Below, piece by piece: positions 25,171-36,330 of a stretch of DNA of 64,000 bases. The notes under the pieces are model-generated. The model saw nothing but the letters and a program-made list of their open reading frames with translations. It was not told the DNA's origin and made no database searches. Both the position numbers and the translations under genes were made by a program. Position 1 is the stretch's first letter; each line of letters starts with the position of its first letter. Origin of the DNA: Mytilus trossulus (taxonomy: Eukaryota); contig NC_086374.1 in assembly GCF_036588685.1 (NCBI RefSeq), positions 29,326,001 through 29,390,000 on the forward strand. Direction: 5' to 3'.

Positions 25171-28100
25171 TTATTATATCGTGTCATTGTACGGATAAGA
25201 AGTATACACTAAAGACTGATAGACGTGCAAATTAAATCTGTTTGCACTTTCACGCATATTAGAGAAACGTCGCACGCTACTGGTGTTACTTTGGTGAAAT
25301 CACAGACAAGACACATTCATCTTGTTAATTTTGAAACATAAAAATGGAAAGTATATAAAGTGTTGTATATCATTTTAAAGCTTTTAAACATATTATTGCA
25401 ATTTTGTATATGTAACAGACCATTTTCATTAATTAAAACTCAATAAAACCTTTTTTTTGCAATATGATTTCCTTGTCCCGCGTTACATTTTTAGTTTTGT
25501 GAAATTCTGAATACCATAAAAAACATATAGTTTGTTTTACCAAACGATATAAAAGTTTGTCTAGAACAAGCAATTTATAAGTGGGCGATGACTTAATGCC
25601 GATTTTTCTCTCTCAAAAAGACGGAAATATAAAAAAAAAAATTGATCAAGATAATACAAATTATGTGTCCCATGCACGGAAGGTTGACGTAATTTTTTTA
25701 AAATTGTCCCAAAAAAGGGAATTCCAGAGTAATCCCAATGTCGAAAGTAAATAATTCTTATACTAGTATTTTGTACATAGATCACACTTTCGCCTCATGA
25801 AATAATCAGGATTTTTTCAAACAAATTCTTTTTATTTGAGTTGATTAGCAATGTCCGTTATTTTGTCCCCTTCAAACCAAATTAAACGTAGGGTTACGTT
25901 TTCTGATTTTTCATGATGTTTATTTAATACAGTCATTCGCTACATAAAAAAAACATAATAATGGATAAAAGTACAAAAAATTATCTCTATTTGATATTAA
26001 ATACCCATAAATTAAATCTAATATACTAGATATCAGATAAAACTAAAATGTCCGATACAATGTCCCCACATACGATTTTGACGTTATTTAATAAAATATG
26101 CTTCTAACGTTTCGTCTTATTGTCATGATTGCGGTTTCACAGACGATTTGGAATACGGCTATTTTATTTAGTTGCTGAATAAGAAAACTTTAAAATTAAT
26201 GTTTTATGTTGAAACTCTTTCGACTCATAAAGAAGGGGCGAGGAGAGAGATTTCCTCGCGGAACTGAAGTGTTTTCCGGACTAAAATAGTCGGATCCGCT
26301 ATAATACAAATTAGTAGAAAAAACAGCTATAATAATTGTTCCCGCTAATTCCCTTGCATATATTTGTGCAAAACTGCCATGCTAGATATGCCGTAGACTA
26401 GTCCTTTCGTCTGGACATTCTGGAGTGCAAAAAATGAATGCATTTGCAGTGCATAGTTTATCCATAAAAAAGAAGAAATCGATTGCCTTTATAATTAAAG
26501 TGTATATAATTAAATGATTTCAATTCAAGTTACTTTTTTATTTTTAATTTCTTAATAAAACTAAAGCTTAACATCTTTCGTCTAAGAAAAAAAAAAATCT
26601 TTTCTTAGGGAAACAAATCCATCCTTTAGAATTTATTGTAAAAAGTCATCTGAACAACATGCATTTCAACGTTTTTATTTTGTCTTACGTCTTTTAGTGT
26701 GTAACGTTAGGTGACACCAGTATCGTGCAATGTTTGTAGTTGGATCTATCAAGTAACATCGTGATTTCTTGAGGATTTCATTATCTAAATTTAGGAAATC
26801 AGGTGATGAGCAGTAAATTTTCTATTCAGATTCCATTGAGTCAGTTATATTTTTCTGTTCAACGTGAATGGTCTTTATATAATGCATATTTACAGGTTTT
26901 TGTTTGTAACCAATGTGCTGACTGAAGTAACATAATTTTCAATAGTGACCTTTATTAATAAAGGATTTAGCACCTAGTAAACGAAATTGATAAACGTGAC
27001 AACATGCAATTGAGAAATAGTAAAATATTTTACTGGATGTAGAAGATACTTTGTAGACAGGGTTTTCTTATATGACAGACCTACATTTTGTTTTTCCAAT
27101 GACAGAGATTTTGATAGGGAAATTTGTTATCCCTTTGATGGTTTCGATTTGTAACGTGTTTTTCCCCATTGTTTATGCTTTACATTCTGATATTACGAAT
27201 TATTATATTCTATTATAAGAAAGAAAGGAAAAGACATTGTATTGAGCGTTTGCCATTCAAGGATACATCGTGGCCACAATTTAATTTGTATCTGTTTATT
27301 ATTAAATTTATATTAAGATCCATTTTGTTACATCTTGTGATCAATTTTATTTGGCAGTCTGCGGGGTTAAAGAACATCAGTTGTTCGACCTGTTAGTCAA
27401 ATGCGTTTTGTTTAAATATTCTTTTTCGCTTTGTTTTGTCTTCTGGAAAATGTTGTTTGTGCTGTTTTTAGACCCTTCTACAACGAAATTTGTTTTACAT
27501 GCACACGTATAAAAATTGCGGTTTTTATCCATCGCAATCATAGGTTTGAACGTAGTTTTCAATTTAGACTCGTATACATAAACTATATTATGTAATAGTA
27601 AATTGATAACAGTTTTGATTCGAACACCACCGATGAGTTTATGTAGACGAAATGAACGTCTGGTGTACTTAAAATTATTCGATTGATAACTTTGAGGATC
27701 TTCGCTCGACCCATAAACATCCACTAAAATATTCTAAATGGTTGTTCCATTCACTTACTCATAAAATCAGCACTTAAATTAACTCCTCCTCATCATCATC
27801 ATCACCATTATCATCATGTTAAGATGCCTATTAAAAAAAAAAACTCGGTATCTCCAAATCTTTTCAAGTGTCCATTTGGTAAAGTTTTGTAAGCAGATAC
27901 ATTCATATTTTGTTTGGACTGTGGAGATATTTTTGCATCCTTGTACAAGTATTAATACTTATAAGATTTATTTGATTCTTTGTTTTTTGTGATTTCGTGT
28001 ACATGGTGTAAGGACGAATAGAGATTGGGGCTAGTCATTAACATTTTCAACACAACAATAATTAAGACGACATTATGTTTCGCTATATTTAAAGTAACAA

Positions 28101-29316
28101 AACAAATCATCTGACCAAAGTGTTCTTAACTTTAACCAATGGGTTGAAAGAAAACTATGTGATGACTAATTCACTGAACCAAATTTACCTTGTCTCAATA
28201 TTTTTTGCACAATGAAAATGAAGGAAGTATGTGTCTGGATGCTTTCCTTTACATTCCCAAAAAAGTTATATCACAAAAATACTGAACTCAGCGGAAATTC
28301 AAAATGGAGAGTACATGTACGTATTCAAATTGCAAAATCAAAATCTCTAACACATCAAACAAATGGATTACAACTATCCAATTCCTTAATTGGTACAGAC
28401 ATTTTCTTATGTAGAAAATGGTGGATTGAACCTGGATTTATAGCAAGCCAAACCTCTACTTTGTATGACGGTCGCATAACATTCCATTATATTGACAACG
28501 ATGTGTGAACAACAAAAAAAGCCAGACATACTAGGGAAACATGTCAAACATAGAGGTACAGCATTCGGCGGGATGTATAAGTACTGTGCCAGATCATATG
28601 TAACAAACAAAAAATACAAAAAGGCATATAATGGTTTACTTTTTTAAAATATTATTTGGATGTAGAGTTGTCTCATTGGCACTCACACCACATCTTGCTA
28701 TATCTATATAGACAAATCACATTAGCAAAAACGAAAGACTAGAACACAAATATTTTACCATAGAACACTGAATAACACAAAAATGGGAAGTATGAGTACA
28801 GTAATGGTAATATTCATATAGACACATACAAGAATACAATATCACGTTATTAAGATGATAAACAACGTCAGGACCCCTAATCTATACTTCAAGACCATTG
28901 TGTATTATTTGAGAAGTTGATACGGAACATTTATCAACAAGGTCTTGGTACCTTCCGCTGAATTTTTTTTTTTTTAGAAAAAAGACAACCTTTGTGAAGC
29001 AGATGGCGAAATATTAAGTAATTGGGTTAATATATTATATATGAGAACAGTACGAGATAAAAGGACCAACGTATATACGGATGGACGAACGGTGGATAAT
29101 GCGAATGCAGCATAGAGCTTGAGTGGGGTTTTAAAAGACAAGCACAATGACAAGAGCTTAATATGTGAATTATAATTTAATGGTTATCTCAATCTTAATC
29201 TTGCTTTTACATATCTATTATATGAAATTTGTGATTTCCATATACCGGGTAGTTATTAGATATATCACATTAATATTTTTTTTCTTCTTTCAGGCATCAT
29301 TATTTCTTGATAGAGC

Positions 29317-29928
29317 TTACAAAATAACACAACAGTCCAAAGATTCCGATGTAGATGTATAATACCAGTTAACATTGTTTCTTGTTGTGTTCCTGTGTAT
29401 TTGTGGTGTAGCTGACCTTGTAGTAATTGCTGGCCTGTTCCTATACGTAATTGATTGTTGATTTCTTGTAGGAGTAATACCAAGAACGTTGCTAATCGGA
29501 TGTATATAATTTCTCCTCATCCATGACATGGAATAGACCATTATCTTCTTCACAGTTACTTCAACTGCTCCGACAAACACATTTTCTGCAGCAGCAAATG
29601 AAATCTCCGAACTGTTTAAGGTAAAAAATCGGTTTCCAACGTCCTGGCAAAGCTCTTCAGAATTGAAGATACACTTGCCGACCATCTTGTCGGGAGATAA
29701 ATAGCCACACAGTACAATAAGTATTACTTTCTCGTCTTCTGTCAACATATAGTAATTTTTGTAATCACTTAATCTTTCAATATTGAAATCCGTATCTTCC
29801 AATCCTAAAACATTACACAATACACTCAAATAATACATGAGTTTTGCTGTATCATTGTCTAAGACATCAACAATAGAACCAGTTTCTGTTATTCCTATTT
29901 CTCTACGATTTAACACTACTGTCGCCAT
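29317..29928 (-). CDS. Uncharacterised 203-aa single-exon protein, paralogue 2, C-terminal CCVIL (CaaX)
   Basis: Clean ORF with shared motifs AKLMYYL..LC.VL, LSPD.M.GKCIF, V.VKKIM.Y..SW. Confidence 0.88.
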   Translation of the reverse strand: MATVVLNRREIGITETGSIVDVLDNDTAKLMYYLSVLCNVLGLEDTDFNIERLSDYKNYYMLTEDEKVILIVLCGYLSPDKMVGKCIFNSEELCQDVGNRFFTLNSSEISFAAAENVFVGAVEVTVKKIMVYSMSWMRRNYIHPISNVLGITPTRNQQSITYRNRPAITTRSATPQIHRNTTRNNVNWYYTSTSESLDCCVIL

Positions 29929-30742
29929 ATTTTACATTAAGTGGTAAATTACATTATAGGATTTTAAATGCAGATCTATTTTTACATAAGTAAGTCCTTG
30001 GTACAATAATTCGGTACATTGTTTTAATATATGTTATAAAATAATAAAAGATTTTTTATGGATCGAACAAAAATCCTCAATGTTTTCAGTCGATTTATTG
30101 GATTCATGTAGACGCACATTCCTTGTACATGTATGGTAAAATACTTTAAATGAAGGGCCATTATTGAAATAACGTATTACACCAGTCAATTCATTGGTTT
30201 CAAAAAGCAAGCTGTATGTTTTATAGGGGTTCTCTGTTTCTATCTATAGCATTCGATCTGCATTATTATATCAAATTTTAGAAAGGGTCATCAGTGTATA
30301 TCTAAGACCCTGTTGCAAATAATAAGCGATTTACATGTATCAGTCATTCTCCTTTTTTAGTCCTATATGTTCTATTGTGGAATGACATAACCCATTCGAT
30401 AAAAGTCTTTTCAACAAAAAGCTTTTTACATTTTTCTGAATATGTTTTAGCTTAAAACAAGATTTCAGACCGACTAAAGTTTCGATCAAATCAACGCAAC
30501 TTGATAGCCCTGTTGAAAATTGAATCAGAAGTTCGAGGACACAGATTTTAGAAAGTCAAAATTTCAAGTTAGAGTAAAAATTTCGGGATTTGACAAATCA
30601 AAATTTCAAGTTGTAGTCAAAATTTCGAGATTTGAAATGTCAAAATTTCGACTTTGAAAAAAAAGTTCACTGCCAATTTGTTTTTTCTATGTCCCTAATA
30701 CGCTTCCGTAGAATACAGTCCCAAGTGCAAACAGTGTAAAAC

Positions 30743-30772
30743 CAGAGACATTAATGTGTATATATGTCTGTG
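30743..30772. mobile_element. Third, degenerate CAGAGACAT palindrome with 7-bp TSD
   Basis: GTAAAAC|CAGAGACATTAATGTGTATATATGTCTGTG|GTATAAC (one TSD mismatch). Confidence 0.6.
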
Positions 30773-31439
30773 GTATAACTTACTTTTTCATACTCTATCC
30801 CAATCTATATCTTGATCTTCATGCACGAAATACTAAGTAAGGGGATAATAACATGCATGTAAACATAACTGAGTGCTGTAACCTTTATGTTTAGAGGGGA
30901 TTTGGTCCAGTTAAAATAGGTAAAACAAATAAGTGTATCTCAATCTATCATAATTATTGAATTTTAGACCCCCTTAACATAGAATTGTCAATATTTTGAG
31001 TAAGAGCTGGTATAACTTTTTATGATTTGGATATTATTTGTCCCAATAAAGGTACACTTTACTGTAAAATCCTTTTTGAGATAGAGCAGGTGCGATTTGT
31101 TTATGTGTCATTAAAGAAATAGCTATTAATTTAGAGAAAATCATCTAGGACATTAAGAAACCCTGTATTAAATCCAAAGCACAGTGCTTTTGATTTAAAT
31201 TTTAAAGCTTGACAAGTATTTCTTTAATAACCCTTGTAAGTTACTTACTAAAGACACCAGTCTACGCATGAAGCATGAATTCTTATAGATGTTCAAAACG
31301 CTTACAAAACAAATTGCAATGGATCTATTCTTTCTTGCAAAAAGTCTAAACCAAACCGAAAATATAACACCGATTCATACACGTGTCTAGGCTGAATTTG
31401 CTTCTAATTTAAGCGATGACTTGACCATTTTAAAATTTA

Positions 31440-31590
31440 AGGGCAGAATATAGGTAAAACAGAATAAATTGAGGATTTTCAAATATATATACTAATGTTT
31501 TTAAATGTACTAAATGTTCCATCAAAAGTTCCGAGAACTCGTGAATATAGATAACTTCAACGAGGAAGTGTTTTAGGGTTCATTATTCCT
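31440..31590 (+). promoter_or_regulatory. Conserved upstream block with GAS (31529-31537) and ETS (31562-31570) motifs
   Basis: Homologous to 25040-25170; ~1.1 kb upstream of paralogue 3, between divergent paralogues 2 and 3. Confidence 0.55.
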
Positions 31591-32653
31591 GCGGCATGGT
31601 TATATACGATACTTATAAATTTTTAAATGTCATAAATTAAATCATTTTTTTATGCTTGAACAAGTTCAAATCAGTTTTGAAATTAAAATTTGGTTACTAG
31701 TACATATAATTGGTAATGCTATTAATTTTTATATCAGATAAATTAATGAACTGTCAAAGCTTTAATGTAGAAGTAAAAACAACGACACATTTCGTGATAT
31801 TTGAAAATAACTTTGATTAAGTTATAAATAATTTCGCCATATAAACGAACAGTTGCACAAATAAAGTGTAAATATTCATTATAACTTAATAGTCATTTTT
31901 GGTAAAAATCTTGAAAGATAATTTGAGACCTTTTGCAATTCAAGGTAGCAAAGAACTCTATATTTTAACCTACGGGTAACATCTCTTTGTGATATTGGTT
32001 TGTGAGACTTGGGAAGAACTGTGTTTGTGTTTTATGTTATCGTCTATGTGTGTGTGTTTTATGTTATCGTCTATGTGTGTGTGTGTTTTATGTTATCGTC
32101 TATGTGTGTGTGTGTGTTTTATGAGTTATTTGTTTGTGTTGTTGTAGTCTTTTTGTGTCATATGCTACATTTGGAATTAATAAGGGGCTATGGAAAGAGA
32201 TTATTGCAAGCTTGCTGGATAGGAATTTTCCTCGTGATTTTTTTTAAGATTGCAATATTCAATGTATTGTAATGTAATGAAACCAAATATATGTTTATGT
32301 CTTTTATTTATCAAACCGATATACTAGTAGGTGTCAAAATATTTATGTTACTAAGGAAGGTCGATACACTATTTTCTTGCTACCATACCGTTAAATTTAG
32401 TATTTCAGCGAACTCGTTATTTATGTTTATCTTTAAATGTCAATGTCCTTTATATTGAGAGGAGTGATATCTTTTGGAGAAGATTCAAGTTTATGTCCTA
32501 TTTTAATTTAATGGTTTTCGTCGAATATTAACTTCCTTCTATCTTTTCCACTGCTTACATCATGTCTTTTGATAATTTCGCCCGCCTTTATGCCATATAA
32601 AAAGCCACTCAACAGACAACATATGTTAGACCACAGACCGTTGCAGCTTCAAG

Positions 32654-33118
32654 ATGGCGCTAGGAATGAGATTCAACAATTATAATTTAGAACAAACATC
32701 AACATCTTGTACAGTACCGGACAATCCAATATCGAAACTGATGTACTACTTAGAGTCAGTGTGTACAGTTATAGATCTTAAGAACGACTCTGTTCCAGGA
32801 CTTGAAAGGCTGACGAATTATATGTTATACAGATATCTCACAGATCGTGAGCTGATTTTATTAATAAGGCTGTGCGAAGTTCTAAGTCCGATGATACTAA
32901 TTGACAAAGTATTTTTCAGGAACGCCAGATTGTGTGGTAACAGTTTAAACAGATTTTATAATCTAAGAACTATTCAGCATACAATCGCTGCTGCAAGGTC
33001 AATAGTCGTTGGAAATAGACGCGTTAGTGTGAACAAAATTATGGTTTATGAACCAGCGTGGTTTCAAAACAACTACTATGGACCATTGAGATTCATAAAA
33101 GTACTGCTCAACATGTAG
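32654..33118 (+). CDS. Uncharacterised 154-aa single-exon protein, paralogue 3, lacking the CaaX tail
   Basis: aagATGG start, TATA-like at ~32594, AATAAA at ~33164; shared motifs PDNP.SKLMYYL, LC..LSP, LCG.S.NRF. Confidence 0.85.
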   Translation: MALGMRFNNYNLEQTSTSCTVPDNPISKLMYYLESVCTVIDLKNDSVPGLERLTNYMLYRYLTDRELILLIRLCEVLSPMILIDKVFFRNARLCGNSLNRFYNLRTIQHTIAAARSIVVGNRRVSVNKIMVYEPAWFQNNYYGPLRFIKVLLNM

Positions 33119-33469
33119 GACAATAAGTATCTCTATGGTCATGTGCCAAGGGGAAATGTTGGAAATAAAAGTGGGATATTAAGCAGACTGAAAGTACATA
33201 TGGAAGAGTTTTATGAAAATACGTTGTATATTTATATCAGTCATAAACAAATATTGTACATAAACATTAAATACTCGGATTGTAATTAGATCAATAACAA
33301 AACACTTTTAAGAAGCTCGGCAGTTTTTAAACTAAATGCATCATTTAAATGTTATGTCATTTTTATTATATATTTTTGTATCTCTAATTCCGTCTTTCTC
33401 TTTTTATTTTGTCAGTATTTATTATTGAACTGTAAAAAAAAATGTCATTCTAATATTTAAAAATACATT

Positions 33470-35530
33470 TTCTGGTGTACAAACTATTGACACCTTATGT
33501 TGGTGGCATAGCATATTGGCCACAAGTTTATTGTTTTCGGTTTAGTATTAAATCTATATTCAGATCAGCTGTTTTTAAACCCTTCTACAACGAAATTTGT
33601 TTTACATGCAAACGTATACAAATTGCGGTTTTAATCCAACGCAATCATAGGTTTGAACGTAGTTTTCAATTTAGACTCGTTTATATTTTTTTGTTTGGGC
33701 TTGTATCATATTTTCCCTCCGGTTAATATGATTCGTTCATTCTATATTGACTCTTAAAATTCAAGAGTTCATCTAAAAATGAGGGTACTTTTTCTAAAAA
33801 TGAGGGTACTTTTTATATGGTCTTCCAAATACCGTTTCGATCCCTAACATCACTGAAGAGACATTTATTGTCGAAATCCGGATCTGGTGTACTAAAAAAT
33901 ATTGACACCATATGTTTGTGGCATAACATCGTGGCCACAAGTTATATTTTTTCTTTCTGTTAAGTATTAAATTTATATTAAGATCCATTTTGTTACATCT
34001 TGTGATCAATTTTATTTAGCAATCGCCAATGGCAGTCAGCAGGGTTAAAGAACATCAGTTGTTCGACCTGTTAGTCAAATGCGTTTTGTTGAAATATACT
34101 TTTTCACTTTTTTGGTCTTTTGGAAAATGTTGTTTGTGCTGTTTTTAAACCCTTCTACAACGAAATTTTTTTAACATGCACACGTATAAAAATTGCGGTT
34201 TCAATCAAAAGCTCTCATAGGTTTGAACGTAGTTTTCAATTTAGACTCGTTTATATTTTTTGTTTGGGCTTGCATCATATTTTCTCTTCGGTTTAAATGA
34301 TCCGTTCATCCTATATTGACACTTAAAATTCAAGAGTTTATCTAAAAATGAGGGTTCTTTTTCTAAAAAGAGGGTACTTTTTATATGGCCTTCCAAATAC
34401 CGTTTCGATCCCTAACATCACTGAAGAGACATTTATTGTCGAAATCCGGATCTGGTGTACTAAAAAAATATTGACACCGTATGTTTGTGGCATAACATCG
34501 TGGCCACAAGTTGAATTTGTTTTTTTCTTTCTGTTAAGTATTAAATTCATATTAAGATCCATTTTGCTACATCTTGTGATCAATATGTTTTGGCAATCGC
34601 CAATGGCAGTCAGCAGGGTTAAAGAACATCAGTTGTTCGACCTGTTAGTCAAATGCGTATGTTTAAATATACTTTGTCATTTTTTTGGTCTTTTGGAAAC
34701 TGTTGTTTGTGCTGTTTTTAAACCCTTCTACAACGAAATTTGATTTACATGCACACGTATAAAAATTGCAGTTTTAATCCAACGCAATCATAGCTTTGAA
34801 CGTAGTTTTCAATTTAAACTCGTTTATATTTTTTTGTTTGGGCTTGCATCATATTTTCCCTCCGGTTTATATGATCCGTTCATCCTATATTTCCTCTTAA
34901 AATTCAAGAGTTTATCTAAAAATGAGGGTACTTTTTCTAAAAAGAGGGTACTTTTTATATGGCCTTCCAAATACCGTTTAGAACCCTGACATCACTGAAG
35001 ACCAAAAAAGCGAAAAATTATATTTAAACAAAACGCATTTAACTAACAGGTCGAACAACTGATGTTCTTTAACCCTGCTGACTGCCATTGGCGATTGCCA
35101 AATAAAATTGATCACAAGATGTAACAAAATGGATCTTAATATAAATTTAATACTAAACAGAATTTTTTTTTTATCTTGTGGCCACGATGTTATGCCACAA
35201 ATATACGGTGTTAATATTTTTTTAGTACACCAGATGCGGATTTCGACATATATATACAACTCGTCTAAACATCAACCCAACAATGTCAGATCTGTAAATT
35301 TGCTTTCGCAAATTGTTTGTTCTTCCCTCGCCGGGATTCGAACCCATGCTACTGAGATATCATGACACCAAATCGCCTGCACTGTAATCGTTCCGCTAGA
35401 CCACTTGACCACCTGTATATATATATCTACAAGTCTAAATTGATAACTATACTTTCAAACCTTTGATTGCGTTGGATAAAAACCGCAATTTTATACGTGT
35501 GCATGTAAAACACATTTCGTTGTAGATTGG
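33470..35530. repeat. Tandem ~555-bp repeat units (~2.7 copies) followed by inverted partial copies; related fragment at ~27270-27580
   Basis: Near-identical blocks at 33794.. and 34348..; 35005-35250 is a reverse-complement copy; a SINE-like B-box gggattcgaaccc lies at ~35333. Confidence 0.85.
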
Positions 35531-35759
35531 TATATATATTTATTCTAACCTTCTATACTTTTCTAGGCATTTGATTGGTTAAAAGCGTCCGCGTGGAGAC
35601 CGTGTATATTCAATATTAGGTCAGCAGGGAGGCGAGCCCTTTCCAATACACGGTTTATAGTAATAGCGTTCCGTTCCCTTAGGCTTATAAAAAAACCGGT
35701 TCTGAGTGTCACTAGCACACTATGTAACTAATAATATTTGTAGATTTAACATTGGAAAA

Positions 35760-36330
35760 ATATGGATCGAACAAAAATCCTCAAAGTTTTCAGTCGATTT
35801 ATTGGATTCATGTAGACGCGCATCCCTTGTACATGTATGGTAAAAATACTAACATTTTAATGAAGGGCCATCATTGAAATAAAGTATTACCCCAGTCAGT
35901 TCATTGGTTTCAAAAAGCAAGCGGTATGTTTGCATTTTCATAGGGGTACAGTGTCGCTATCTAGAGCATCCGATCTGCGTCATTATCTCAAATTTTAGTA
36001 AGGATCACCAGTGTATATCTATAGCTGTAGCAAATAAAATGCGATTACATGTATCAGTCATTCTCCTTTTTAGTCCTATATCTATCTATGGTCTATTGTG
36101 GAATGACATCATCAGAGAGCCTCTGGTTATATTTGAAAATAACTTTGATAAAGTTATACATAATTTCGCCCATTAAATGAACAGTTACACAACTAAACTG
36201 TATTTCTTCATTACAATTTGCCAATTTTGTAAAAATCTGGATAGATCAATTTCGATCCTATGCAAATCAAGGTAGCCAAAAATCTCCTATGTATTACCTA
36301 CAAGTAACCCCTCTTTGTGACATTGATCTA
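35760..36330 (+). repeat. Local duplication joining copies of ~30057-30388 and ~31797-32000
   Basis: 'atggatcgaacaaaaatcctc...gtggaatgacat' followed directly by 'atatttgaaaataactttgat...ctctttgtga'. Confidence 0.8.

Noticed and set aside
33119-33290. Open frame after the paralogue 3 stop (readthrough restoring a tail?)
   Set aside because: No similarity to the tails of paralogues 1 and 2, no CaaX, and AATAAA lies just downstream of the stop
35325-35410. tRNA gene from the GGTTCGAATCCC B-box on the minus strand
   Set aside because: No cloverleaf could be built; embedded in repeat, more likely a SINE-like head
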